64,000 nt of DNA from an uncultured Trueperaceae bacterium (GCA_963815215.1 CAWFFU010000011.1:480001-544000), one strand, 5' to 3'. Positions 19,417 to 31,344 are shown, counted from the first letter of the stretch. Notes: generated by a model from the letters alone, not told the origin. Made by a program: numbers and translations.

Positions 19417-21745
19417 AGCCGTGCTCGACGGCCAGCGCGCTCGGATCCGCGTCCACGGCGTAGTTCAAGGCGTGGGATTCCGTCCCTTCGTGTACCGCCT
19501 CGCGCGCCGTCTCGAACTCGGCGGCTGGGTGTTGAACGACGCGCAGGGCGTGCTGATCGAAGCCGTCGGAAGCCCTGCGGCGCTGGCGACCTTCACGGCC
19601 CGCCTGCGCAGCGAGGCCCCGCGCGCGGCGCGGGTGGACGAGGTGAGGACCCTGGAGGAAGGGCCGGCCGCCAGGTCCGCGCCTCCCTTCCACATCCGCG
19701 AGAGCACCTCCGGGGGCAACATCACCACCCTCATCTCCCCGGACCTGGCGATCTGCGACGACTGCCTGCGCGAGCTGTTCGACCCGCACGACCTCCGCCA
19801 CGGCTACCCCTACATCAACTGCACCCACTGCGGCCCGCGCTACTCGATCATCGAGTCCCTGCCCTACGATCGTCCGCACACCACCATGGCCCCCTGGCCG
19901 TTGTGCGAGCGGTGCGCCGAGGAGTACGGCGATCCGGCGAACCGGCGCTTCCACGCGCAGCCGGTGGCCTGTGCGCGCTGCGGTCCCGGTTACCACCTGT
20001 TGGACGCGGACGGCGCGCCGTTGGAGGCGCGCGACGCCATCGTCGAGGCGGCGCGACGGCTGTCGGACGGCGCCATCGTGGCGGTCAAGGGCGTCGGCGG
20101 CTACCACCTGGCGTGCGACGCCCGCAACGCCGCCAGCGTCGCCGCGCTGCGCCTGCGCAAGGTGCGCAAGGAGAAGCCGTTCGCGCTGATGGCGGCCGAT
20201 CTCGACAGTGCCCGGAAGGCGCTGGCGGTGACGCCGGCCGAGGCCGAGACGCTACTGTCGCCGGCCCGCCCCATCGTGCTGCTCGCCAAGGGCCTCAGCG
20301 AGCTGCCCGAGGCGCTGGCGCCCGGCAACGCCGACCTCGGGCTCATGCTCCCCTACGCTCCGCTCCACCACCTGCTGTTCGCGTCGGGAGCGCCGGATCT
20401 GCTGGTGATGACCAGCGCCAACCGCGCTTCCGAACCGATCGCCTACCGCGACGAGGAAGCCGTGCGGGTCCTGTCCGGCCTGGCCGACGTCTTCCTGGTC
20501 GGGGAGCGCCCCATCGCGCGACGCGTCGACGACTCGGTGGCTGCGCTCCTGGACGGCCGCCTCACGCTGCTGCGACGGGCCCGCGGGTTCGCGCCCGAGA
20601 GCGTCGTCGACGATCCGCGTTTCGATGCCGGGCCCCCGATCCTGGCGCTCGGGGCCGGCATGAAGAACGCCATAACGCTGGCGGTGGCGGGGCGCGCCTT
20701 CGTCAGCCAGCACCTGGGCGACCTCGACCGGGTGGAGGCGCGCCTCGCCTTCGAGGAGACGGTACGCGATCTGTGCGCCATGTACGGGGTCGATCCCGGC
20801 CGTGCGCGGGTGGTGGCCGACCTCCACCCGGACTACGGTTCCAGCCGTTTCGCCCGTTCCCTGGGCGGGCCGGTCCTGCAAGTCCAGCACCACCGCGCCC
20901 ACGTCGCCTCGGTGCTCGCCGAGCGGCGAGCCTGGGAATCGGTCGTGGTCGGGATCGCCTTCGACGGCGCGGGCCTGGGCGAGGACGGCACCGTGTGGGG
21001 CGGTGAGGCGTTCGCCGGGAGCCTCGCGGCCGGGCTCGAGCGGGTGGCGCACCTGCGCCCCGCACCGCTCCCCGGAGGCGACGCGGCGGCCCGGCGACCG
21101 GAGCAGGCGGCGGTCGGCTTCCTGTCGGAGCAGCCCGTCGACGTGCCCTGGCACGACCTGTTGACGCCCGACACGGTGAGGCGCGCGAGTCGCCTGGTGG
21201 AGACCGGCGTTCGCACGGTCCAGACCACCAGCGTCGGCCGGCTGTTCGACACCGCCGCCGCCCTCCTGGGCTTCCACCGGACGATGACCTTCGAAGGGCA
21301 GGCCGCCATGTTCCTGGAGGCGCTGGCACGCGATGACGGTGCGGCGACGGCGTGCGAAGAGGGCTACCTCCTGCCGTTCGCGCAGGGCGTCTGGGACCAC
21401 CGACCGCTGCTGGCGGAGCTGGTGGCGGACGTGCGGCGCGGCGTCGGGACGGGGACCTGCGCCCGGCGCTTCCACGCCGGCATCGCGAACGGCGTGGTGC
21501 GCGGAGCGGCGCGTCTCGCCGAGGACCATCACGCCCAGGCCGTGGTGCTGTCGGGCGGCGTGTGGCAGAACCGCTGGCTGCACGCCGCGACCGTGGCCGG
21601 GCTGCGCTCGCTCGGTCTCGAGGCATGGTGGAACCACAAGGTTCCGCCGGGCGACGGCGGAGTCTCGCTGGGACAGGCTGCGCTCGCCGCCGCTTCCCGG
21701 AACGAACTTGAGGTGACGGACCATGTGTCTTGGCATCCCCTATGA
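19409..21745 (+). CDS. hypF: Carbamoyltransferase HypF
   Basis: GVVQGVGFRPFV acylphosphatase domain, zinc fingers, RRFHAQPVAC, DLHPDY, QHHRAH, PPGDGGVSLGQ; TTG start after AGGAGG. Confidence 0.95.
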   Translation: MAEAVLDGQRARIRVHGVVQGVGFRPFVYRLARRLELGGWVLNDAQGVLIEAVGSPAALATFTARLRSEAPRAARVDEVRTLEEGPAARSAPPFHIRESTSGGNITTLISPDLAICDDCLRELFDPHDLRHGYPYINCTHCGPRYSIIESLPYDRPHTTMAPWPLCERCAEEYGDPANRRFHAQPVACARCGPGYHLLDADGAPLEARDAIVEAARRLSDGAIVAVKGVGGYHLACDARNAASVAALRLRKVRKEKPFALMAADLDSARKALAVTPAEAETLLSPARPIVLLAKGLSELPEALAPGNADLGLMLPYAPLHHLLFASGAPDLLVMTSANRASEPIAYRDEEAVRVLSGLADVFLVGERPIARRVDDSVAALLDGRLTLLRRARGFAPESVVDDPRFDAGPPILALGAGMKNAITLAVAGRAFVSQHLGDLDRVEARLAFEETVRDLCAMYGVDPGRARVVADLHPDYGSSRFARSLGGPVLQVQHHRAHVASVLAERRAWESVVVGIAFDGAGLGEDGTVWGGEAFAGSLAAGLERVAHLRPAPLPGGDAAARRPEQAAVGFLSEQPVDVPWHDLLTPDTVRRASRLVETGVRTVQTTSVGRLFDTAAALLGFHRTMTFEGQAAMFLEALARDDGAATACEEGYLLPFAQGVWDHRPLLAELVADVRRGVGTGTCARRFHAGIANGVVRGAARLAEDHHAQAVVLSGGVWQNRWLHAATVAGLRSLGLEAWWNHKVPPGDGGVSLGQAALAAASRNELEVTDHVSWHPL

Positions 21746-21998
21746 GGTCCTCGACGTGGTCGATCGCGACACCTGTCACGTGCGGGTGGGAACGGGCGCG
21801 CAAGCGTGCTTCACCGGCCTCGTCGATCCGGTGGCGCCGGGCGATTGGCTACTGATGCACGCCGGCTTCGCGCTGCGCAGGATCGAGCCCGAGGACGCTA
21901 GAGAGAACCTGGATCTGATCCGGCGCGCGCTCGCCACGCCGCCCCGGGCGACGCGGGCGGACCGACAGGCCGACGCGCCGTCCGAGGACGAGCCGTGA
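21723..21998 (+). CDS. hypC: Hydrogenase maturation chaperone HypC
   Basis: MCLGIP N-terminus, GDWLLMHAGFA. Confidence 0.93.
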   Translation: MCLGIPYEVLDVVDRDTCHVRVGTGAQACFTGLVDPVAPGDWLLMHAGFALRRIEPEDARENLDLIRRALATPPRATRADRQADAPSEDEP

Positions 21999-23224
21999 GC
22001 TGGCGGTCCGAGCCGACCCCCGCCCCCGCGGACAGCGAGGACGGCTTCCGGCCCGCGGACTACCGCGACCCGCACTGGGTGCGGGCGCTGGCGCAGCGCA
22101 TCGAGCGCGTCGCCGCGACTCTCGCCCGACCGGTCAAGCTGATGCACATCTGCGGCACGCACGAGCACGAGATCGGGCGCTTCGGCCTGCGCGATCTGCT
22201 GCCGGACACGGTCGAGGTGCTGGCCGGGCCGGGATGCCCGGTGTGCGTATGCGACAGCGCCTGGATCGACCTCGCCATCGACCTGGCGGCGGTCGACGAC
22301 GTCATCGTCACCTCCTTCGGGGACATGCTGGCGGTGCCCGGCGGCATCCCGCTGGGCGGCGAGGCCAGGGGTGACGTGCGCATGAGCCTGCTCGATGCGC
22401 GCGCCCGCGGCGGCGACGTCCGGGCGGTCACCAGCGTCTTCGACGCAGCCCGCCTGGCCGCCGAGCGCCCGGAACGTCAGGTGGTGTTCTTCTCCGTCGG
22501 CTTCGAGACCACCGTCGTCGCCACGGCCGCCCTGCTTCGACGCGGCGCGCCCCCCAACTTCAGCATCGTCGAGGCCAACTACTACACGCCGCCCGCCACC
22601 CATCTGCTGCCGACCCTGCCGGGGTTCGACGTGGACGGCTTCCTGCTGCCGGGGCACGCCAGCGCCATCACCGGCACCGGCGTCTACCGCCATCTGCCCG
22701 AGCTCGGGCTCGCCTGTGCGGTCGCCGGCTTCGAGCCGGTCGACATCCTGGCGGCCGTGCTGGAGGTCCTCGAGCAGCTGGTGCGGGAGCGGCCGCAGCT
22801 CGCCAACAGCTACGCTCGGGTGGTGGCTCCCGAGGGCAACCTCCGGGCCCTGGCCGAACTCGACGAGGTCTTCGAGCCGACGACGATGCGTTGGCGCGGC
22901 GTCGCCGACATCCCGGAGTCCGGCTACCGCTTGCGTCCGGCCTACCGGCACGCCAGTGCGAGGCTCCGGTTCCCCGGCGCCGGCGAGGCCCGCGATCGCG
23001 GGCCGGAGCACCCGGCCGGCTGCCGTTGCGCCGACGTCACCCTCGGACTGGCCCGCCCCGACGCCTGCCCGCTGTTCGCGCGCCGCTGCACGCCCGACAA
23101 CCCCTACGGGCCGTGCATGGTCAGTCACGAGGGCACCTGCCGCGCCTGGCACCTCTACGGCACGGCCCGCGGCCGCCTGCGGGTGGAGACCGCCGGAGGG
23201 AGCGCACCCCTTGGCTCGCTATGA
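21995..23224 (+). CDS. hypD: Hydrogenase formation protein HypD
   Basis: CGTHE, GPGCPVC, GFETT, PGH, GPCMVSHEGTC. Confidence 0.95.
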   Translation: MSWRSEPTPAPADSEDGFRPADYRDPHWVRALAQRIERVAATLARPVKLMHICGTHEHEIGRFGLRDLLPDTVEVLAGPGCPVCVCDSAWIDLAIDLAAVDDVIVTSFGDMLAVPGGIPLGGEARGDVRMSLLDARARGGDVRAVTSVFDAARLAAERPERQVVFFSVGFETTVVATAALLRRGAPPNFSIVEANYYTPPATHLLPTLPGFDVDGFLLPGHASAITGTGVYRHLPELGLACAVAGFEPVDILAAVLEVLEQLVRERPQLANSYARVVAPEGNLRALAELDEVFEPTTMRWRGVADIPESGYRLRPAYRHASARLRFPGAGEARDRGPEHPAGCRCADVTLGLARPDACPLFARRCTPDNPYGPCMVSHEGTCRAWHLYGTARGRLRVETAGGSAPLGSL

Positions 23225-24224
23225 GTCGATCCGCCTGGCGCACGGCAGCGGTGGCCGCCTCACAGCCGAGCTGATCCACGACGTCTTCGCGACCATCTTC
23301 GACAACGCCCCGCTCGCCGCCCTCACCGACGCCGCCGTGCTCGACAACCCGGGCGGCCGGCTGGCGTTCGCCACCGACTCCCACGCCGTCAAGCCCTGGC
23401 GCTTCCCGGGCGGGGACATCGGCCGCCTGGCCGTCGCCGGCACCGTCAACGACCTGGTCGTGATGGGGGCCGTGCCGCGCTACCTGTCGGCCGCCTTCAT
23501 CCTCGAGGAGGGCTTCCGGCTGGAGGACCTGGAGGCGGTGGTGCGCTCCATGAAGCGGACGGCCGACGAGGCCGGGGTGGAGGTGGTCACGGGCGACACC
23601 AAGGTGGTCGAGCGGGGCAAGGGAGACGGGATCTTCATCAACACCGCCGGGGTGGGCTTCGTGCCGCCGGGACGCGATGTGGGTCCGCACCGTCTGACCG
23701 CCGGTGACGTGCTGCTCGTGAACGGCACCCTCGGCGACCACGGCCTGGCGGTCATGGCGGCGCGCGAGGGCATCGAGCTGGGGATGGCCCTGAAGAGCGA
23801 CGTCGCTCCGCTCGGGAGCCTGGTCGAGGCGTTGCTGGCAGCGGCACCAGACGTGCACTTCATGCGCGACCCAACGCGCGGCGGCCTGGCCGCGGTCGCC
23901 AACGAGATGGCCGCTTCTCGACCGTTCGGCGTGCGGGTGTGGGACGCTCGCGTGCCCCTGAATCTCGACGTGGCCGAGCTCAGCGAGATGCTGGGCATCG
24001 ACCCGCTGCTGGCGGCCAACGAGGGGAAACTGGTGGTCGCGCTACCGGCGGATCAGGCGGAGGCGGCGCTCGCGGCACTGCGCGGCCATGAGCTCGGACG
24101 CGAGGCGGCCGTCATCGGCGACCTGGTGACGCAGCCCGCGGGCATGGCGCTGGTGGAGACCCCCTACGGCAGCCGGCGTGTGCTGGAGATGCCGGTCGAG
24201 GAGCAGCTCCCCCGCATCTGTTGA
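23211..24224 (+). CDS. hypE: Carbamoyl dehydratase HypE
   Basis: LAHGSGG, GTVNDL, TGDTKVV, MRDPTRGG, C-terminal PRIC. Confidence 0.95.
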   Translation: MARYESIRLAHGSGGRLTAELIHDVFATIFDNAPLAALTDAAVLDNPGGRLAFATDSHAVKPWRFPGGDIGRLAVAGTVNDLVVMGAVPRYLSAAFILEEGFRLEDLEAVVRSMKRTADEAGVEVVTGDTKVVERGKGDGIFINTAGVGFVPPGRDVGPHRLTAGDVLLVNGTLGDHGLAVMAAREGIELGMALKSDVAPLGSLVEALLAAAPDVHFMRDPTRGGLAAVANEMAASRPFGVRVWDARVPLNLDVAELSEMLGIDPLLAANEGKLVVALPADQAEAALAALRGHELGREAAVIGDLVTQPAGMALVETPYGSRRVLEMPVEEQLPRIC

Positions 24225-24350
24225 CGCGTCCTCGCCCGCCCGGATCCGGGCTGCGCGCCGTGCAGGTGGGTACTCCCTGCTAGACTGGAGGCAGTCGTAG
24301 CGAGCCGGTCGCGCTTGGCGGCCCGGCTCTCGGTGAACCGGAGGTAGCCC

Positions 24351-25193
24351 ATGCGGATCCTGCACCCCACCGACTTCTCGGCCACGGCCGAGAAGGCCCT
24401 GGCCCTCGCTCGTGACATTCGGCAGCGCGTCAACGGTGAGCTGCATCTGGTGCACGTGCAACAGCGGTTCGAATCGGGCCACTCGCACCCCTATCTGCAG
24501 CCGCAGTTGGATCACCTCAACCCCGAGTTGACGCGACGTGTCGAGCAGGAACGCAAGGAAGAGGTCGACCGGCTCCGGAACTCGCTGGAGCATCTCGCCT
24601 CGCCCGACGCCACGTCGGAGCTGCGCTGGGGCGAGCCCGTGCGCGAGCTGCTCGACGCCGCCGGCGACGTCGATCTGGTGGTCATGGGAGCGCACGGGCT
24701 CAACCGCTTGGACAACTACTTCCTGGGCGGCATCGCCGGCCGCCTGGTCCGGCGCTCGCCTGCTCCCGTGATCACGGTTCGAGACGAGGTCCCGTCGCTC
24801 CAGGTCCGCCGCATCCTGGTGGCGACCGACTTCGGCGACGCCTCGCGCCATGCCTGGGAGTTCTGTCGTGGCCTGAGCCGGAGCGGTATCAAGCTCGTCA
24901 TCGCGCACGTGCTCGACGACACCCGCGTGCGTGAGAACCCCGACTACATGAGCACCGTGACCGAGGCCCTGGATGCGCTTACCGGCGACACCGCCGAACG
25001 TCACCTCGTGCTGGACGGCAACCCGGCGCAGAAGCTGCCGGAAGCGGCCCACGAGGTCGGTGCCGACCTGATCGCCATCGGCGTGCGGCGCCACTCGAGC
25101 GCCATCGGCCTACTGCTGGGCAGCCGCGCCGACATGCTCATCCGCAGTAGCGCCGTCCCCGTGTTGAGCGTGCCCCACGTGCGCGCTGTGTGA
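24351..25193 (+). CDS. Tandem-domain universal stress protein
   Basis: Two USP domains: ILHPTDFS...MGAHG and ILVATDFG...LLGSRA; TAGACT -10 at 24281. Confidence 0.9.
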   Translation: MRILHPTDFSATAEKALALARDIRQRVNGELHLVHVQQRFESGHSHPYLQPQLDHLNPELTRRVEQERKEEVDRLRNSLEHLASPDATSELRWGEPVRELLDAAGDVDLVVMGAHGLNRLDNYFLGGIAGRLVRRSPAPVITVRDEVPSLQVRRILVATDFGDASRHAWEFCRGLSRSGIKLVIAHVLDDTRVRENPDYMSTVTEALDALTGDTAERHLVLDGNPAQKLPEAAHEVGADLIAIGVRRHSSAIGLLLGSRADMLIRSSAVPVLSVPHVRAV

Positions 25194-25211
25194 GTTGCCG
25201 GGCCCGGCAAC

Positions 25212-25499
25212 TCAGACTTCGAGGATACCGAAGCTGGAAGCCTCCTCAACGCGCACCGCGTCGTCATCGACGCGCACGTAGCGCAGCCGTTCCAGCTCCT
25301 GCAGCGCCGCTCCGACGGCTGCCGGCACGTCACGACAGTGACGCGCGATGTCCTGCACGCGGCACCCGTTCCCCAGCAACGTGACCGTCACGAACACCCC
25401 CTTGGCGGCCAGGCTCAGCCGTTCGTCGTCGATCACGATGTCACTGGACCGCATCCTGGGCCGCACGTCGGCCTCACCCTCGGGGGTGGTCCTCGTCAT
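25212..25499 (-). CDS. Small winged-helix domain protein
   Basis: DERLSLAAKGV...IARH...AALQELERLRY pattern; TAGCGT 6 nt upstream of ATG (leaderless). Confidence 0.6.
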   Translation of the reverse strand: MTRTTPEGEADVRPRMRSSDIVIDDERLSLAAKGVFVTVTLLGNGCRVQDIARHCRDVPAAVGAALQELERLRYVRVDDDAVRVEEASSFGILEV

Positions 25500-25585
25500 G
25501 AGGCCACGCTACCGGGCCGCGACCGTCACGACAATGAACAAATCGTCACGAGACGCGGCACGGACGGTCGCGAAGCACTCCCCGG

Positions 25586-27232
25586 TCAGACTCCGGCGGC
25601 GTCGAAGGCGACCTGCACCAGCTCGCGTGCCTCCTCCTGGATCCGGGCCAGGTGCTCGGCGCCACGGAAGCTCTCGGCGTAGATCTTGTACACGTCCTCC
25701 GTGCCCGAGGGCCGGGCCGCGAACCAGCCGCCGGCGGTGACGACCTTGAGCCCGCCGATCGACGCGCCGTTGGCGGGAGCCTCGGTCAATCGCTGGATGA
25801 TGGCGTCGCCGGCCAGTGTCGTGGTGCTCACCGCGTCGGGCGACAGCCCGGCCAGCACCCGTTTCTGCGCCGGGTTGGCAGGGGCGTCGCTGCGGGCATA
25901 CAGCGGGTCGCCGAAGCGCTCCGTCAGCTCGGCGTAGCGCTCGCCGGGATCCTTCCCGGTGACGGCCGAGATCTCCGCGGCCAGGAGCCCCAGCAGCAGT
26001 CCATCCTTGTCGGTCGTCCAGGTGCCCCCGTCGCGCCGCAGGAAGGATGCGCCGGCGCTCTCCTCGCCCCCGAAGCCGTAGCGCCCATGGAGCAAGCCGT
26101 CGACGAAATACTTGAAGCCGACCGGCACCTCGGCCAGGGGACGGCCGAGATCGGCCGCGACGCGATCGATCATCGAGCTCGACACCAGGGTCTTGCCCAC
26201 CGCCGCGTCGGCCGGCCAGTCCGGGCGGTGACGGAACAGGTAATCGACGGCCACGCTGAGGTAGTGGTTCGGATTCAACAGGCCGGCGGACGGCGTGACG
26301 ATGCCGTGACGGTCCGCGTCCGGATCGTTCCCGAAGGCGACGTCGAAGTCGTCCTTGAGCCCGATGAGCCCGGCCATGGCCTGCGGCGACGAGCAGTCCA
26401 TCCGGATCTTGCCGTCGTGATCGACCCGCATGAACGCGAAGGTAGGGTCCACGACGGTGTTGACGACGGTCAGGTCGAGCCCCCAACGCTCCGCGATCGG
26501 CTCCCAGTAGTGGAGCGACGAGCCCCCCAGCGGATCGACCCCGATGCGAACGCCCGCCGCCTTCACGGCCTCCAGGTCCACGGCGTTGCCGACGTCCTCG
26601 ACGTACGGCGTCACCAGGTCGCGCACGTGCGCCTCGGCCGCGGCCCGCTCGAAGCGTATCCGCCGGACCCCGGCCAGACCGCCTTCCAGCAGGGCGTTGG
26701 CGCGCTGTTGGATCCAACCGGTCGCTTCGGTGCCGGCGGGACCGCCGTGGGGCGGGTTGTACTTGAATCCCCCGTCCCGCGGAGGGTTGTGAGAGGGCGT
26801 GATCACGACGCCGTCGGCACGCGGCGTCCCCGGCCGGCCGTTGTGCGCGAGCACCGCGTGGGACACCACCGGGGTCGGCACGGCCGCGAAGTCCTGCGCC
26901 ACCACGACCTCCACACCGTTGGCGACCAGTACCTCGAGCGCGGTCCGCAACGCCGGTTCCGACAGGGCATGCGTGTCGGCGCCCAGCACCAGCGGTCCGT
27001 CCACCCCCTGCCGTGCGCGGTACTCGGCCAGTGCCTGCGCCACGGCCAGGATGTGGTCCTCGTTGAAGCCCGCGTCGAGACTGCTGCCTCGGTGACCGGA
27101 GGTCCCGAAGGCGACCCGTTGTCCCGCCACCGCCGGGTCGGGGTGGAGCGTGTAGTAGCTCGCGACCAGGCGCGGCACATCGACGAGCATCTCCCTGGGG
27201 GCCGGCTCGCCGGCGAGGGGGTGCGGGCTCAT
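25586..27232 (-). CDS. pgm: Phosphoglucomutase (alpha-D-glucose-1,6-bisphosphate-dependent)
   Basis: [36 protein letters not shown]. Confidence 0.95.
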   Translation of the reverse strand: MSPHPLAGEPAPREMLVDVPRLVASYYTLHPDPAVAGQRVAFGTSGHRGSSLDAGFNEDHILAVAQALAEYRARQGVDGPLVLGADTHALSEPALRTALEVLVANGVEVVVAQDFAAVPTPVVSHAVLAHNGRPGTPRADGVVITPSHNPPRDGGFKYNPPHGGPAGTEATGWIQQRANALLEGGLAGVRRIRFERAAAEAHVRDLVTPYVEDVGNAVDLEAVKAAGVRIGVDPLGGSSLHYWEPIAERWGLDLTVVNTVVDPTFAFMRVDHDGKIRMDCSSPQAMAGLIGLKDDFDVAFGNDPDADRHGIVTPSAGLLNPNHYLSVAVDYLFRHRPDWPADAAVGKTLVSSSMIDRVAADLGRPLAEVPVGFKYFVDGLLHGRYGFGGEESAGASFLRRDGGTWTTDKDGLLLGLLAAEISAVTGKDPGERYAELTERFGDPLYARSDAPANPAQKRVLAGLSPDAVSTTTLAGDAIIQRLTEAPANGASIGGLKVVTAGGWFAARPSGTEDVYKIYAESFRGAEHLARIQEEARELVQVAFDAAGV

Positions 27233-27432
27233 GAGGACCTCCTTCCAACTGCCACGCCCACCTTACACCCCGACCCCCACGCGCCTCCGGGGGGCGGAAG
27301 TATGGCCCTGGGCGAGCGGCAGCGGTCGTGGTACACTTCCGTTTGCGTTTCGAACCCAAGGGGAACTCGTGCCACGCCGCATCCGAACGTGGCCCGATCC
27401 CTACGGGACCACGAGTTGACCCTGGAGGCAAG

Positions 27433-29538
<2,106 letters not shown>

Positions 29539-29560
29539 GCCGACGCGCGAGTCGGAGCTT

Positions 29561-29591
29561 CACCGGGGCGGCGCTTGGCGCCGCCCCGGTG
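29561..29591. terminator. Hairpin after hppA, possibly bidirectional terminator
   Basis: CACCGGGGCGGCGC-TTG-GCGCCGCCCCGGTG perfect 14-bp stem. Confidence 0.7.
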
Positions 29592-29760
29592 TCCGTGAGG
29601 TCACCGCGCGAACGACCGGCAACGGCCGCGCGCCGTCGCGCGGATCACCGGCACGACGCGGCGAACGGTAGGATCCCGGTCGACCTGGTTGCAGGCAAGG
29701 TTGGTGGGGTGGAGGTGAGACTCGAGGGGTGGGTCACCGTAACCTCGAGCGGCGCAACTT
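29561..29760 (-). ncRNA. Candidate small RNA with C-rich anti-SD-like tract
   Basis: Perfect TATAAT on minus strand at 29770-29765, CTCGAGG/CCTCGAG stem, CUCACCUCCACCCCACC tract, terminal hairpin. Confidence 0.35.
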
Positions 29761-29839
29761 TCCAATTATAGCGCAACCCCGCCCGCCACACCAGGACACC
29801 GCACCCCAAACGCGGAAGGCGCTAGGACTATCATCGAGT

Positions 29840-29980
29840 CGGAAGGAGGTCTAAACCATAGAGGCAAAAGACCACTTCTCGAAGAGCAACCCTCGGCCCA
29901 CTAGAGGCTCGACCGAGTAACTCCTCAGACGGAGGAGCACCGACAGAGCAGAACAAGGCGATCGAGGGTTGCTCTCATCT
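29840..29980 (-). ncRNA. Candidate structured RNA (rod-like stem plus anti-SD tract), family not recognised
   Basis: 13-bp AGAGCAACCCTCG/CGAGGGTTGCTCT stem enclosing GCTC/GAGC and CTCCTC/GAGGAG stems; G-U pairs favour the minus strand. Confidence 0.35.
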
Positions 29981-30168
29981 CAGAACAGGGAAGCTGCGGC
30001 CCCACCCGGACGGGTGCGGGCCTTTCGGTTGCTCCCGGCGCGCCCCTGGCATACCCCGAAGCGCGCGCTCCCGTGCGGCGCCGAGGTGTACCGGACCCGA
30101 GAGCGCCCCACGAACAGAATCCCCTGGGCAGACGCCGGCCTCTCGGCCGAGGCCCGGCAGGTCCGCCA

Positions 30169-30211
30169 TGGACATTCGTCCTTGCCGGGCCGTGCGGCCC
30201 CCTGTTACAAC
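30169..30211 (+). promoter_or_regulatory. DosR-box-like site plus weak -10 (ferredoxin)
   Basis: TGGACATTCGTCCT (30169-30182), 23 nt, TACAAC. Confidence 0.4.
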
Positions 30212-30364
30212 TCCGATGTGAGGGTCCGACATCGCCCGTCGCACACCCTCCGAACTGCTACGCTGGAGTCAGGCGCACCGTCAGGCGCACCGTCTGGCAC
30301 TCAGCGTCTGGCACACCGCGCGAAAGGCCGCATGCGCTTCGGTGCGGCCCGGAGAGGAAGCTCG

Positions 30365-30601
30365 ATGGCATACGTGATCGCTGAGCCCTGTATTGGCGTC
30401 AAGGACGCGTCCTGCGTGGACGTCTGCCCTGTTGAGTGCATCTACGAAGCCGAGGACCAGTTCTACATCCATCCCGAGGAATGCATCGACTGCGGCGCCT
30501 GCGTCCCGGCCTGCCCGGTCGACGCCATCTTCCCCGAGATCGACGTGCCGGACGAGTGGTCGTCCTTCACGGAGAAGAACGTCAAGCTCTCCGGCCTCTG
30601 A
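30365..30601 (+). CDS. Seven-iron ([3Fe-4S][4Fe-4S]) ferredoxin
   Basis: MAYVIAEPCIGVKDASCVDVCPVECI...CIDCGACVPACPVDAI. Confidence 0.95.
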   Translation: MAYVIAEPCIGVKDASCVDVCPVECIYEAEDQFYIHPEECIDCGACVPACPVDAIFPEIDVPDEWSSFTEKNVKLSGL

Positions 30602-30764
30602 GCACCTCCCCGAGGCCGAGCAGGCCCTGAGCGCCGCCCACGCCTTGCGTGGGCGGCGCGTTCCGTTGCACTGGGTGGGGTTCGCCGCGCCGAGCGTCCT
30701 TCCCGCCGCCCTACCCGGCACCTCGCACAGCACGCACCGGAGCGCCAGCACGAGCGTCTCCGAC

Positions 30765-30807
30765 AGGACATTCGCACCTTCCCCAGGTCGGACCGGGCGG
30801 CGATACT
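30765..30807 (+). promoter_or_regulatory. DosR-box-like site plus -10 (USP-baeRF-ATPase operon)
   Basis: AGGACATTCGCACC (30765-30778), 23 nt, GATACT. Confidence 0.45.
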
Positions 30808-30855
30808 GGACTCGCCGTCGGGTGTAGCGCCGTCGGCGACCGCGAGGAGGCGGCG

Positions 30856-31320
30856 ATGGAGTTCAGGCGCATCCTGGTACCGGTCGATGGGAGTCCCTGC
30901 AGCGACCGCGCGGTGCAAGAGGCGATCGCGCTCGGGCGCGTGTTCGGCAGCAACCTCACGTTCCTCTCCGTCGTCGATAACCCTTTGCGGGGCCTCTACG
31001 GCTACTCGGAGGGGATCGGCTACTACGGGGATGTGTTCGAAGCCCTAGAGCGCACTTCCGCCGCCGCGCTGGAGCGGGGCGCAACCGCCGCCCATGCCGC
31101 GGGCCTCGAGGCCCAGACGCGACTGGTGCGGGAACGACCCCCCGTCGACGCGATCCTCGAGGCCGAGCCGGACTGCGATCTCACGGTGCTCGGAACCCAC
31201 GGGCGCCATGGGGTCGACCGCGTATTCCTCGGCTCCGTGACCGAAGGTGTGCTGCGCCGTTCGCGGAAGCCCCATCTCGTCGTGCGCTGCGGTGGAGAGC
31301 GAGAACGAGCCCAGGACTGA
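30856..31320 (+). CDS. Universal stress protein
   Basis: RILVPVDGS...GTHGRHGVDRVFLGSVTE; SD GAGGAGG. Confidence 0.92.
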   Translation: MEFRRILVPVDGSPCSDRAVQEAIALGRVFGSNLTFLSVVDNPLRGLYGYSEGIGYYGDVFEALERTSAAALERGATAAHAAGLEAQTRLVRERPPVDAILEAEPDCDLTVLGTHGRHGVDRVFLGSVTEGVLRRSRKPHLVVRCGGERERAQD

Positions 31321-31344
31321 ACCGTTGCCAAGGAGGTCGATGGC

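Noticed and set aside
24244..24286. DosR-box-like site before the tandem USP
   Set aside because: A clear TAGACT -10 is present, but the sequence 23 nt upstream does not match; the same holds for the USP at 10566 and the CMD gene, so not all island genes carry the motif.
29921..29927. Minus-strand CUGAGGA resembling a hammerhead core
   Set aside because: No stem II followed by GAAA.
30851..30870. GGCGATGGAGTTC resembling the 5' end of a fluoride riboswitch
   Set aside because: It is the start codon region of a USP (MEFRR) and the 3' pseudoknot half is absent.
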